A stretch of DNA of 61,796 bases, filler included, from Sphacelaria rigidula (lineage: Eukaryota), in NCBI GenBank assembly GCA_964200075.2. It is 8 parts of 8 records of this genome, joined end to end, with 100 filler letters (N's around TTAATTAATTAA, not from the genome) between each part and the next. Parts side by side here need not be neighbours in the genome. Positions count along the whole stretch, not along the records: positions 23,214 to 30,850 come from CAXNAA020013994.1; positions 30,951 to 38,587 come from CAXNAA020013995.1; positions 38,688 to 46,324 come from CAXNAA020013996.1; 5 more parts are not named here. One strand, written 5' to 3'. The position numbers were made by a program, and so were the translations under genes. Positions 25,260 through 39,187 of the stretch are shown one piece after another. Under the pieces are notes generated by a model. That model searched no databases. It was given only the letters and a program-made list of their open reading frames with translations, and was not told where the DNA came from. Position 1 is the stretch's first letter, and each line of letters opens with the position of its first letter.

Positions 25260-27861
25260 CTGTCCAAGTAAAACAAAACATACACACATATCCAAGGGGG
25301 TTCATGAGGGAGCACATCAAACAAGGCATTCGCACCGAATCAAAACTCACCAACGTGACGGGACGCAAGAGTGTATTGGCAAATGAATATACACTACGCG
25401 TATCAGTTATCTAAGATACGCCATCGGGAACGACCATGTGACAGCACGAATCTGTAAAGCAACACCAACTACGGGTGGCGCAATACGCGCGTTTTTTTTC
25501 CCTAGAAGCAGGAGGGCGACGTCCGCCGAAATGCTTCAACACGTTCATCAAAACGACTCCTTCGTTCGCTACGCAACTTCATCTTGTCGGGTGAGTGTAA
25601 CCCAACGCTTTGTATCCAACTCTCGGACTCTACCGCCTAGTACGGTATAAGCGTCAAATAATTCGTGGCGACAAGTACCCTTCGTACACATCTCTCAGAA
25701 ATAGAGGAAGATGCAACAAATACAGCGTAGTTTCATCAGAAATCTATCGACACAATAAACTTTACCGACTCCTTTTACTTCTGAGTACTGCTGAATTCCA
25801 ACCGATCTACACGCCTTGACCCTTTTGGAAGCCTATTCCCCCACGCGCGGGTCAGACGCGTCATTTTTACAGCCCTCGACAATAGCCACATCCTATGACT
25901 CCTTTGACTACGCAACAGGGAGCTTAGTAATCACAGATGGAGCACATGTGCACCCCGGCTAAGATGTGGTCGTTGTCCAAGGAGCGCCCTTCTCCGAATG
26001 AGGGTCATGTTGGGAGTGCAGCGAACACTTTGTCTGAACTCGACGACGGTGACTTACGGGCCAAGAACATCGTATTTTGGACACATCTTGTGTTTTACTG
26101 GCGATTTATTACGAATGTCGAAAATGCATATGTCAAAAATACGAACATCGTCAGGAACAAATCAGGTCACGAAGAGCATCACGCAACAAACCGCATGAGC
26201 TTCCTCGTCGTGGTCACCGAGGTTTGCTTCGTTCGCAATAGGGTATCCTCGAGACGGGGGCAAGCTCAGGGACACTATTACCAAGCGAAGCGTTCCAGCA
26301 CTATGCAGCACTATGCTGTTTGGTTTTCTTGATGCTCAGTTTGCGAACAGGTTTTGTGCCCAAACGACAAGATATGGGTAGGAGATCCGAAAATAAACTC
26401 TCACATATCTCTGCATGGTTCATACGATGAGAAACATCTCGCGCTCCTTCAATCATCGTTGTGAACCAGATCTACTTCTGGCCATAAGCCAGCACAGGCC
26501 AATCTACCAATCTCACACCACGCGAAACGACATGGATGGTAGTGTGCCAGCGGCCGACGTCGTCAAGAACAAGTACCTCATCTCAAACAAGTGAAAAGTG
26601 CACGGGTGCATATGTGTGAGGTGCTTGTTTTTTCTACCCAATCGTTCTTGTGGGATGTTAACCGGCAAAGATGTATCATCTGCTGAATCAGCGTCATTTT
26701 CACTTGAAAAATTAGCGCTAGGTCCTGGTGACCGACGCTGGCCATCAAACAGTTGCGTTGCTTCAGTCATCGTTGCAAACCAGATTTACCGTCATTTGCC
26801 AGCGAAGATGAACACACTGACCACACCGCGCTGTATGGCATGATGATGTGCCCGGGATATGACTTGTATATCTAACAAGCCTCAGCTTGCAGAGTGCACG
26901 GAAGTGCGTGTGTGCGTTGTATCCGATCGCTTTTATGGGCTTTGGCTCCTTTTCTCGAACCACCGCTCCTCCATGAATGACAACGAACTAACCCGTGGCG
27001 TGCGCGGTCGTTCATCATGGAAGTGTGTGTGTGTGACAAGTTCAGGAGCTCCAATTTATGCTTGATCCATTTGAATTTTTGGCTGAGACCCAAAAAGCAT
27101 ATGCGGGGGGCAGAATTTCATCAATTGATAGGCCCCAGAACTGCAGCTGATAGTACTGGATAACGCCGCTTGTGCTTGTGCTCCAATGCTGCTTTACAGC
27201 GCCTGCAACGCGCTTTTGCAGGGTGGTAATTTTAGTGGGTGCACGCATGGAGACTAGTCTATGATGGCACAACACTCATCGCTTTGTGTCTTTCCCAGCT
27301 GTCTCCACTGACGCTCGCTGCAATCGTGTGCGTGTGAAAGAAAACAACGAAGCCCACGCGTGCCATTTTCCATTCTCGGATCGTCCACGAGTACGCTAGT
27401 CTGGCAATCCCGCAGTTTTGCGAAAATGCGGGGAAATGATAAATGGTAGGAAAGGCCAACCATGCATGCATGAGAAGCCTCGGTTTCTTCCTGGTCCAGA
27501 GGCATTCCTTGTGGGGCTTCGTTTCGGGACCAGAAGTCTGATCGTGAGCTCGATTCGAAGAGTCAAGTTATATGCTCACCTACTCTGGAGTAGCTGTCAG
27601 ACCCGGAAGACCATCTGCAGCGGAAGACATTATCTGTGCAGTCGCTTCACTGAACAACACAACCATAGGGTAGGTTTCCATTACTGCTCCTGTATGGATG
27701 TAAGCACTTCACCCTTAACGGCCTGGGGTTCTCTCACCAACAAAACGAGGATTTTTGGATGACTGTTCGAATAGAAAATGACGCATAATATCAAAATCAA
27801 CCACAAACCGAAGCAATCGTGTGCCGCCCATGTGGATCACATCGCTCACGGTTGAAAGTTC

Positions 27862-28392
27862 CAAGGTTTTGTGTTCTGTAGGGTACGGTTTTCTGTATAC
27901 CCGGGGTATTTTGCCGGGTATTTACCGTACCCGACAGTTCTGTGACTTCTGTAAGACTGTCATACCGGTACTCGACAGTTCTGTAATCTCTGTAAGACTC
28001 CCGTACCGTTAACGGGGGGCATGGGTACGCTCTTGACAAGATACCTGATCGCGGGTATGGTTTTCTGTGCAATCTCCATACCCTACCCGATATTTTCTGT
28101 GAGTTCTTCAAGCCTTGCATATCCTTACCCGACAGTTCTGTGCGTTCTGTACAGAGTGTTTACCCGTACCCGGAGCGCGGGTATGCTCTTGAAGGAATAC
28201 CCAATTGCCGGTACCGGTTTTCGGTAAGCCTCCCATATCGTACCCGATAAGTTCTGTAATTTCTGTAAGACGTTCATCCAGTACCGGTACCCGACAGTTC
28301 TGTGAGCTAAGTCTCCCACACCCCTACCCGGGGTTCGGGTATACCGTTATGGATATACCCGATTGCAGGTATGAGCACAGGTATATACCTTG
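27862..28392 (+). mobile_element. Non-autonomous hAT-like element with internal GTACCCGACAGTTCTG subrepeats, copy 1
   Basis: Starts caaggttttgtgttctgtagggtacgg and is highly similar to 29133-29666. Confidence 0.7.
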
Positions 28393-29132
28393 GGGGGGGG
28401 GTGTACTCATGATCATGCATGGTATAGTCATAAGGCCATTGACCTCGCATCCCTACAAAGCCGGGACGGAGCACGCAGGGTTTTCGCCGGACGAGGCTAC
28501 ACCTTGGGGAGGTACGGATATAGGTTGAATCCAAACACAACCTCATGACCTGAACATGTACCTCCCATCGATCAACCCACCCCACTCCTTCATTCAGAAC
28601 TGCACACCAACAATAATTCAATGTTGAAAAGCTCTATAGTTTGGGATCTGACGGGATACGAGGTACCGCTGAGTGGAAACACGAAACGTGATCAGCCCTG
28701 CAGACAGTCAGGATGGATCACCCCCAGACTCGCGAGTGGTGGCTCGAGCGGGGGTGATTTAACTGCGCCACCAGAGCATCAAGTAGCAAGACGCGCACCA
28801 TCGACGTTGATGGTGGTTGTGTCGTGGTCATCAAACCCCAGGCCGTTATCGACATGTACAGCACAGAGTATATGAGCTGCCACCAAAAGTCGTCAAGGCC
28901 GTTGGCGATTTTGTCGCGTGCCGAAGGGCTTTCAGGGAACGGGAAGCCGTGAATGCTCCTTCATGTACTCTCTGGGAGTGGATGTGAAACCGATAGATGT
29001 TGAAGATCCATGTACTACTGCGATTGTTCGTGTAGTCATTCTCTATCAACCCCGTAAAAGCCGTCCAGAGTCTTCGTGAACTGTCATCTGTATTTCGTCT
29101 TTAATGTAGTGACGTAGGCCCCACCACAATAC

Positions 29133-29666
29133 CAAGGTCGTGGTTTGTAGGGTACGGTTTTCTGTATACCCGGGGTATTTTGCCGGGTATTTACCGTACC
29201 CGACAGTTCTGAAAACTCTGTAAGATTTCCATACCGGAACCCGACAGTTCTGTAATCTCTGTAAGATCTTCATACCCGTACCCGATAGTTCTGTAATCTC
29301 TGTAAGCGTCCCGTACCGTTACCGGGGGGCATGGGTATGCTCTTGATAAGATACCCGGTTCCGGGTAAGGTTTCCTGTGCAACCTCCATACCCTACCCGA
29401 CAGTTCCTGTGACTTCTGTAAGCCTTCTATACCCTTACCCGACAGTTATATGAGTCCTGTACAAACACTCTACCCTAACCCGAGGGGCGGGTATGCCCTG
29501 AAAGAGTTACCCGATTACCGGTACCGGTTTTCTGTAAGCTTCCCATACCGTACCCGATAAGTTTTGTAATGTAAAAGTTTCATACCGGTATCCGACACTT
29601 CTGAAAGTTCTGTAAGGAATCTTATACCCTACAGAACGTGCCCGTACCTTACAGAACACAACCTTG
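29133..29666 (+). mobile_element. Non-autonomous hAT-like element, copy 2
   Basis: TIR caaggtcgtggtttgtagggtacgg / ccgtaccttacagaacacaaccttg; no clear TSD. Confidence 0.7.
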
Positions 29667-30241
29667 AAAAGCTCACAGCACAGCGCAGCACAGCGCCCCA
29701 CCGGAACACAAAATATACAACACAGTGCCACGTATAGGGCTATCTGTATCGGTATCTGTCACCGACAGAAGCGACTTAGAGCACGATGTCAGGGGAGCAG
29801 CGGCGTGTCTTGGAGGTGATAGCCAACGAAGGGCAAACAGTACAGTACTTCAGTATGTATCCATCTGCGGAGAGATTTGTGCCAGCGGTATGCATGAACA
29901 GCGTTTGTACAGCAGTTGCTGGCGGCTTGTGCCCCCACAGTGCTGCTGCCCCGTGGAGTGCGGCCAGACCGGAAACGCAGGAGCGATAATTTCTATTTTG
30001 TCACCACCTCACACAGGCGTCGCGTGTGTGTCGTTCCCCTCGCCTCCCACGTTTTTTGCGAGTGTTGTGTTCTATCTGCGGTTGTCCGGGGGGAGGGCGT
30101 CCTCATTTGTTGCTTGTCTTCGTCGTTTGACCATTGACCATGCATCCCTTTCGAGACAAGGCACTGTTCCTACTCCTAATAGAAACACCTCCAACATTCC
30201 GGCGCTCATTACGTTTCTTCCGTACATATCACAAACCTTAA

Positions 30242-30850
30242 TAGGAACCGTAGGTAAGGTACCGTACCAAGCGTACCCCCGGTATTTACTGGGTACCCTC
30301 TACCGTGGTATGCGTAGGTATCGTAGGTATGAGTTTTGAAAATACCGGATTGGGCGGGTGCGGTAGGTATTGAAATATCGAAATACCCTGGTATCGCAGG
30401 TATCGTAGGTACGAGTTTTGAAAATATCGGATTGGGCGGGTGCGGTAGATATTGAAATATCGAAATACCCTGGTATCGTAGGTATCGTAGGTACGAGTTT
30501 TGAAAATAACGGATTGGGCGGGTGCGGTAGGTATTGAAATGTCGAAATACCCTGGTATCATAGGTATCGTAGGTATAACATCTCAAAATACCGGATTTGG
30601 CAGGTACGGTAGGTACTGAAATTTCCAAACACCCTGATATCGTAGGTATGAGTTTCGAAAATACCGGATTGGGTCGGTATCGGTAGGGTATGAGATGTCC
30701 CAAATACCGGTACCGGGTACCTGCCGTATCCTCTATACCGAATTCAAAAGTGTCATCGGGCAGTGCGAAGCGTTTCAGATCTGGGTGCAAGTTGGGCAGT
30801 CGAAGTTTTCACAGGCACCGTAGGTGAGGTACCGCACCGAGCGTACCCCC
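30242..30850. repeat. 82-bp tandem array (~5 copies), probably the interior of a non-autonomous DNA transposon; a second copy starts at ~30812
   Basis: gagttttgaaaata..ggattgggcgggtgcggtag at 30331, 30413 and 30495; the 5' end accgtaggt.aggtaccg is repeated. Confidence 0.8.
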
Positions 30851-31628
30851 NNNNNNNNNNNNNNNNNNNNNNNNNNNNNNNNNNNNNNNNNNNNTTAATT
30901 AATTAANNNNNNNNNNNNNNNNNNNNNNNNNNNNNNNNNNNNNNNNNNNNCGATTCAGCAGGCGACCTACTCTCGCGGTCTCCCGCGGAGTTCGGGGGGG
31001 GGGGGAGATACTTTCGCTCTGTGTCACTCTTTCGTATCTTCCCTGCGATGGAGAAATGGGACTTCAACCTCATTTTATGTTTCAACCCAAAAATTAGGAT
31101 CGGCTGCTATACGTGGATTTTCACACGCCACTGCCTGTTTCGTGCAGACGCCAGACACGTCATTCCTAACCAGCCTCATTGATCGTTCTGGAGGTCAGGT
31201 CCCAAAAGGGTTAAGATATCTTGACATCGATTCCCTGATCGGTTCGTGGTTGCTCTCTCCTCTATCGCTATGCAAAGTATCAAAAGTTAATGAACCGGGA
31301 AGTCGATCACGTACTTCTACACCCCCTTCACGTCAGCCCAGACGGCGTCGGCACGCACAAGCGAAGACAACGAAGAAAGCAGCGATGAAGCTGAACCTTC
31401 TTGAGGGTGTTCCACCGTTGGGAGGGGGGGGGGGAGTTCAATCCAGGCCCGCTCTGGTCAAAATAGGTCGAATTATGGGTGTTTCCGAGTGCGCCCAGAG
31501 GTAGGAGCGAAACACAACGCCATGAGCACCAATGAAGCTGAAACTTCTTGAGGGCGTCTCGACTTTTGTCAGAAGAGCTATGGGATGGTTTTATCGTGCA
31601 GCGCGGCTTCGAATCAATTCGGGAATAA

Positions 31629-31972
31629 GTGCGCGGTTCGGAGCTTCGTAATGAGGTCCGGACGGATAAGATAGGATAGGACATTTTTTTTTATTTCGGC
31701 TCAGTAGAAACCTTTTCAGCCCCAAGGGCCTCAAAGGAAGTGCGTGGTTCGGAGCTTCGTGACAAGGTCCGGACGGATAGGGGAGGAGAGGAGAGGAGAG
31801 GACAATTTTCGAATTTCAGTTCAGTAGAAGCCTTTTCAGCTCCAAGGGCCTCATAGTACGTGCGCGGTTTGGAGCTTCGTAATGAGGTCCGGACGGATAG
31901 GATAGGATAGGATAGGACACTTTTTTAATTTCGGTTCAGTAGGAGCCTTTTCAGCCCCAAGGGCCTCAAAGA
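31629..31972. repeat. Three tandem ~112-120-bp units with an embedded (GATAG/GAGAG)n tract
   Basis: gtgcgcggttcggagcttcgtaatgaggtccggacggatag...ccttttcagccccaagggcctca occurs three times. Confidence 0.9.
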
Positions 31973-33043
31973 AATTGTGATGGCTTAAGCATGCAGCATG
32001 ATGTGTGTACAAAGGCGCCCAGTTTGCGTTGTTAGACACACGGATTCGATAACCCTACCGAAACACAGACGCACAAACCCACTGGCACGCAGATCATGTT
32101 TTGATCGACTTTCAAAAACGGAAGTGAGTATTTTCCGAATGGTTTCGACCACTCGGCCGTCAGCTGACGCCCTCGATATGATACCTGCTCCCCCCCGAGA
32201 ATCGTGGCGGATGCGTCAGCTCACGAACGAGTGGGGTCCAACATACATCTTGAAAACTCCCGACAACACGTTTTGCACGAACCAATCGAATACAACTTCC
32301 TAAGAAGTACAAACGTACCCTAACAGCTTTGACTCATGGGTCACAGGAATATCGCGCGTGTGTCGTGCCCATCTATGTTGAACCCGTTACTGTCTGTCAA
32401 AGCCAAACAACACAAAAAGCGTACAGTATCACTCACGAACGAACACCAGCCCACGCTTGGGGACTAATACGACTCTGAGGGATGAAGGCAGCACATCACA
32501 CGAACAATATTGGCGCTGGACAAAAGCGAACATAACCAACGCCCAGCACTCACTATTGTAGATATAAATCAAAGACCGAAAAAAGTCTTTGACATGGTGT
32601 GCTGTGCAACACAGACCGGTCCCACCAAATGTTGCTGGATCATGACCTGGTGCACAACGCTCTTTGTACACCGGCTGAGATACCAGCGGAGAGTAAGCTG
32701 AAACCTACAAGCGTAGAGCTATGCACCGGAGAATTGGTCGCTACAAAACAAATCCCGGAGAGTTTGCAACTGCACCGAGAGCACGCCTCTTGAGTCCCTC
32801 CGCTTGATATGAAAACATGCCTCCAGTGTCGCCCACGCCCCCTCTCGTCCACTGCGTATTTACCATCAACCATCCTTGAAACCTCAGCGGATCAAAACAC
32901 CATCTACTACTCTTGGTAAAATTACTGTCCACACGAAAAACAACAAACCGGTTACTTCTCGCACTGGGACATCAAATTACCACCATTACGTGTACAAGAG
33001 AAGGAAGTGATGAAAAAACGAACAAACGTGAAACGAAGCCGAG

Positions 33044-34068
33044 TCACGGTTGTTTCGTGATCCAGTCTACGACCTCGTGATGCTTCGCCCATTTGGCAGC
33101 AGACCTGCATTCGGCCTTGTCCCAGGGACAATGCTTCATCCTAGCCCACTTCAACACATCCAAGTGCCCGCCCCTGGCCGCATTCCAGGTAGTGGTCTCA
33201 TCCCACGGACATCCCCCGGCCCTGGCCCACTTGAGCAGCTCTAAATGCCCTCCTTTCGCGGCAGCCGAACACGTGAACCTGTCCCACGGACATCCCTCGG
33301 ACCTCATCCATTGTAGCACCCGCAGCTGTCCACTGGAGGCCGCCGCACGGCAAGTTCGGTCGTCCCACACGCACCCACCCGCCCTCAACAACTGCAACAC
33401 TTCCAAGTGGCCGTCAGATGCAGCTGCGCTGCAGGAGGCGTGGGTATTCACGGGCAAAGGGCATCCCTGGTCTATCAACCACTTGAGGACATCAACGTGC
33501 CCGCCGGAGGCCGCAGAGTTGCTCGTGTGCGCATTCAAAGAGAATTTCTGAGCTCTTGCCCATTTGAGCACTTCCAAATGGCCTTCCCCAGCCGCGGCTG
33601 AGCAAAGCCCTGTCCCAAGCGGATATTTCACTGCCTTCATCCACTTGAGCACCCCAAGGTGCCCTTCCTCTGCAGCGAGGTAAGCCGCTCTCGAGCTCGG
33701 CGGGCATCCCCGTTCATGAATCCACTTGAGCACATCCAGGTGCCCGTTCTCGGCCGCGGAGTTACTGGTTCGAATATCCCATGGGCAACCTCTCGCCCTC
33801 AACCACTGCAGCACCTCTAGGTGCCCCTGATAAGCTGCGAGTGCAGCCACCGCTTTGCCCTGCAGATAGTCCCAGTCGTAGGCGACGCGGGCATCCGCTT
33901 TGAGAGCTGCCAAATTACCTTCCCCAACGGCGGCGTGGAAGGCATTGCGATGAGCATCACGTGCTGTCCCTGTTTCGATTCCGCCGGGACATAACGACGG
34001 AAAGTTTGCGCCGGAAGGCGCACGACCGAGGGTTTCAAGTGGACCATTACTGCTTGACACACCATCTC
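33044..34068 (-). CDS. Ankyrin-repeat protein of the GCPW type; probably a long terminal exon
   Basis: About ten repeats of AAxxGHLxVLxWxRxxGCPWD in an open frame with a stop codon. The ORF-track start is GTG, next to a likely acceptor (...ggtgcacag). Confidence 0.88.
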
Positions 34069-35556
34069 TGTGCACCACGAGGTGACGTCAAGTGTGAATC
34101 AACGGTACCAGTTCAAAAAACGAACACGCTACACGTGAGGTATGGAGGAAGACGCCAGGATCTGCGGGAACAATATGATCAGTCGCGGTGATATCTCGGG
34201 GTACTGAACGTCCGTACTTTGAAGCCTACACGACGACACAGTCTGGAGCAGCAGGTAGGCAGAAGTAGATCGGTACACTGCGTGAGATATGGTACAATCA
34301 GTGCAGTGTATTTACATGTCGTAAGAGAAGGCATTTGGAACGGAAACGTTCGCCACATATGTGTCATAGCCTCTCTCCATATAACAAGTGTCCCTGTAAG
34401 CAGAGGAGTGTTGAATGGTTCTTTACTGATTGTCGCTTATTCATGTAAAGTTTTCTTTCCCCCCGGCACCGCGAGAAATGACGGGAAATCTCCTGCGGTA
34501 AATGAGATATAGATTCGACAGATGGTGCGGGGAAAGGGAGTAAGCTTAGAAGTGCGTGTAGCCCAATACACGTTTCGCATAAGTCGAACAATTTGGCGCC
34601 GGAGCAGGCGGGGGCGAGGGGTAATTTACGCCGGAGGCGAAGGAAAATACCGGACCTCGTTTTCTGCATTCGGTACTACCGGGAGTAGAGGACTGGTCGT
34701 TGTCATGTACATCAGTGTCAAAGGACTCAACGCTGAAGAGAAACCTGCTACCAACAGCAAGCGTAATCCTCAAAGTTTGTCCCCGAGGGAGCCGAATTAA
34801 GGAGAGCCCTCTCCCTCTCGGCGGGGCCACTATGGCTTGCGGCTAGGCCTGGGTTTTTGCCCCGAGCTTAAAAATAGCTCACCCACATGAACGCTATAAA
34901 GCTGAGATAATTTTACCACCCAAAGCACCAGAGGCTTGTGGACCCCTTGTGATCTGTCGTACCCTGGCGAGCATCGACTCAAGCATCTTGATCATTGAGA
35001 GTGCTATTGGCTAGAATAGATCTAGGGAAAACAACCAGTCCGGCTCGGTGATGACGTCGTCGCAGACTGTGGTGTAGGGATATCAAACCTTGCAGAACGA
35101 GTGAGTGGCGCAATATCTGCACATTTTGCCCAGACGTCAGATCAGAGTCGATGCTTCGGACTCACCTCTGAGTGCACAACGACACAACACATGAAAAAAG
35201 TTTTCATAGAACCTGCCAAATCCAAACTCACTCTTAGGTTCACGCACTGCCATATCACCACGGGGTCATGCCTCACAATGGGCTACAATCAAGAGCCAGT
35301 CGAGAGAAGAAAACGGAAATACACGCACAAAACAAAAACTATGTCCCTCATGTAGGGGGACATGACCCCTTCGAAACACGTAGTACGCGAATTAATACTG
35401 AAATTTTGACGAGTGAACAGCTTAGTGCACACGCTGCCCCCCCAAACTTGCACCAATACTGTTCCTAGCCGAGGAAGGGGAGAGGAAACGGGCAGAACTT
35501 TGTTGGTGGGTGCCTCGTGGCCTGAGAAAGTTTATATCATTCCGTTTCACATCAAG

Positions 35557-35631
35557 CCCCGAGAGATTTCTGCCCTCGCCTCAAAACTCTTCTGGGAGAA
35601 CATAAGCGAGTTCAACGCCTCCGTACGAGAG
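35557..35631 (+). CDS. Candidate isolated exon of an unknown gene (PREISALASKLFWENISEFNASVRE)
   Basis: AG acceptor, 75-nt open frame and GAG/gtac donor only. Confidence 0.3.
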
Positions 35632-38600
35632 GTACATTGAGCATAGAGCAGACATCTCGAAACTCCAAGCAGGCGCCGAGTGATCACCCTTGAAAAATGA
35701 CAGCTTGGTACAAAATAAGATGGAGAAAGGTATTGGGTTTAGTGATGGCGTGCAGATGGTCATTCTGAACGGAGCAGACGTAAAGAACCACCAGTTGACG
35801 ATGCCACCGGCTCATCACGAAATGTTTTGCGAGCAATAATTGTTTGCTTCGCTATGGCTCTTTGACGCAAAACATGTCCCCGGGACTTGCCATGCAGAAA
35901 AAATAATATGAACATTTCTCCACACGCAAGGCCACTCTCTCCCGCCCCCCCCCCCCCCCCACCCACTCGTGCTCTATCTCGCAAGAGATGCGAGGTCAAT
36001 GGTCAAATGACTAAGGTAAGCAACAAATGAGTACCCCTCTCCCACTCCCCAACCCCCCCTAAAAGGGGGTCTCATATCTCCCAGTCCCCATCACCCCCTG
36101 TTCCCTAGTTTTAGTTCTCAACCGAAAATCTTTCACATGGTCCAACCGCAGCTTGAGATCACTCTGAATGTCTCCGCAGCAGCTGCAGGATTCACCTGGT
36201 GTACACAGAGAACTCGTCGGGTGGCCTGATCTTTTGCCCCGCCCTTTTCATGGGGTGTGGTGTGGGCTCTAGGCAAGTTCGAAACTCAGCCGCACTCTCC
36301 TTTCTCACTCATCACATCAGTTCAAAATATCTGACTCGCGGTCAACTCTCGTCAATATCTCAACCAAACAGTAGAGTTCCTTACTCTCAAGTCCAACGAG
36401 TTCAAAAACATTTCCTTTTCACGTCAACAGCCTTCAGTTGTGGAGAGGTGATCTCCCACTTGGGCAGAAATGAAAATCGGTAAGTGTTGTGCCAGTTAAA
36501 AAATATGCGAGATCCGTTGCTTTTTTTTCCAGCCGACTGTTTAAATGCTGGAAAAACCACCTTTTGCTGTCTCTTGTCGCTTGGCTCTGCTGTTATGGAT
36601 GGGAATGAGGGCCGATTTTGGGCACTATATTTCGGGAAAGTGTGGATCGACGTCTGCAGAGAAACTGAAACCTAAACGAGCCAATCAGTACACGCGTCAC
36701 CTCAGAATAACGACCTGGCCCATACAAAATGTACCATACAAATATCACAACTCTATATTAAGCCTGTGACTGACGTTGCTGTACATATGTACACAGGGTC
36801 ACAGCAAGAGGAGGGTAGAAGCTGCTTGCTCCTGCTGCTGTTGTGTCCCTGTTGTTGCACCAGGGTACTGCTGCTGTTTGTTGCTGTAGCACTCGAAAAG
36901 CACACGCCCACAAGCCACCACACCACGTTCACCGCTTTTGTGAACGTCACGACACAATAATACGAGCAGCAGCAGAAGTAGCGGCCGCCACACATCATAT
37001 AGCAGAGGCTTGAAACGTTTCCCCAACATGCTGCTATTAACGCCAAAATGCTGCTGATCGCCTCACCCAAAAGTGCAAATCTTTCAACGCGTGTATCTCG
37101 GCAACCACCCAAAGGACTGCACTGCGGTTTCTTGCGTGCGGTTGCCACACACCCAAACTAGGGAACCGTGAGAGAGACTTTCTTCACGCGTTCCATAAAA
37201 CTCTGCACCAACCCAAAATGTACAGAAAACAACTGCTGTGTGCGGTTCTTCACGGTTTTTGGCGCTTTCGGGGTCCCCTGTGGCGATCTGAGCAAAAGTC
37301 TCTCACGATTCTCTGGCTTTTGGGGTATGTGTGGGGGGGCTGTACAGTGCCACAGGCCGACTTGCTTCCTGTGCCGAGAAACACGCTATGAAAAGTGGTG
37401 AAGTTGTGGCATATTCTAACCTAAAAGTTAGTTAAGGACGAAGCGTGTGTCCTAGGCGGAACAGCTCGTGACACCTCATGACGTGCTCGTTACGAGTATT
37501 CTTATGCGTTTCTTCTATTTTATCCCGCACGCGTTATGTTGGTCGTTATGGCCCTCACTCCCACCCATATCTGTGCAGCAGTGCTCCAACTGGACACTTG
37601 ATTGACATCATGACGCCAGAACTCTCGCCTACCTGCTGCCTGTCGCAGCCCGGGACCACTTGGCTCCTCTGGTGCCCTCCTCTTCCGGTTTCCCCACGAA
37701 GGGGTTGGGGCATCATCCTCACAACCCTGCGACGGCTTGATAATGACGACAGCGCCAGGGGGAGCCGAGAATTCGATCTGCGGTGTGGATGAGCACTCCT
37801 CATGTTTGCACTTCCTGCCGCCGCCTGTGCGCGGTCGTGTGAGATATAACAGGACGTACGTACGCAAAAATCAATTCACGACGTCAACGTGCATTGGTGG
37901 AGCATAGGTAAATATATGGCACAGCAGATTGACTGGCGCGGCTATGCCCAGAGACCATTTTTACAGATTACTGCATATTTTCTTGGTCCATGGCTTCATA
38001 ATTTGTTCCTCGGCGACAACAAAGTGGCTATTGGAAGAAGGATGGAGGGGGGGCGAAATACTCATGATCTTGCATGCCATAGTCACATGAACATTAATCT
38101 CGCATTGTTACAAAGCCGGGACAGAGCACCCCGGGTTTTCGCCGGACCAGGCTTGCAATCAACAAGCGCGAAGCGGCGTTATATGTTCGGCGACTCGCAT
38201 GAGGGGTGACCTGCATCCTGCTAAGATTGTTCGGCCTGAAGCGGACTAACTCTCTTGCATATGGATGGCAACCTCCAATGAGTTGCTTCATTTTTTTCAT
38301 GTTGCCACTTCCAGAGACATCCGCGGTTTACACCACCTCACATGGGTGTCCCATCATTCAACCATATACTAGTACGACCATACCCTTCGCGCGGAGTTGA
38401 GGTTTTCCCACCCCGCAAAATATTATGTAACTTGACCACCATCACGGTGACCGCAAAAAAGCAAGAGCGAGAAAAAAAATCGGAAACCTGGTTGCCTACC
38501 TTACGCAGGAAGTGGGGTGTTTTACAGCTTGGTTTCTAACCGACGCAACCCCTAGGAGGAAAAGGAGGGGGAGAAAGGGCGCGCGGGNNNNNNNNNNNNN

Positions 38601-39187
38601 NNNNNNNNNNNNNNNNNNNNNNNNNNNNNNNTTAATTAATTAANNNNNNNNNNNNNNNNNNNNNNNNNNNNNNNNNNNNNNNNNNNNTTTTTCGTACCTT
38701 TCTTAGGCAAAAAACGAGAAGGTATACCTTTTTCTAGGCCATTGCCCTGATTTTTTTTTCCCCGTGAGTTATCGGCAACCAAATATTTCAGAACAGTTTT
38801 TTCGTAACAAAATCGTGAATAACTTGAAAAAAAAACATATGGGGGAAAACGTGGCGTCTTGGTACATACATACATCCTGTATATCGTGTCAAAATTTCAT
38901 AGAAGACGACCTGGAACTCAGCTGTTACATCGCGTGTTCACATCCCTGTCCGCGTCTTAGGCGGCCCAGCATGTAGCGTAGCTGTACCGTACCCTAAAAA
39001 TGAAAGCGATATAGGAGCCGAAGACAAAATCCGGAATACACGACGACAGCACTGCAGATGTCACGGTTGCTGCGGGACCTGTCCGCCACATTACAACAAC
39101 GCTCACTCACAGCGGTTCAGTAATAGACGTCTGGACTTTCAGATCTCACTCGTGTAATAAAGATACAGCAGTACAACACATCCTCAC

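Noticed and set aside
28800-29050. AHILCAVHVDNG on the minus strand, resembling Copia RT YVDD or the EFL1 AHVDHGKT exon
   Set aside because: Flanking motifs are absent for both readings; the EFL1 P-loop exon was not found in this contig.
27862-30850. Repetitive ORFs and CRISPR-like appearance of the GTACC-rich arrays
   Set aside because: These are internal repeats of non-autonomous transposons, without spacer structure or protein motifs.
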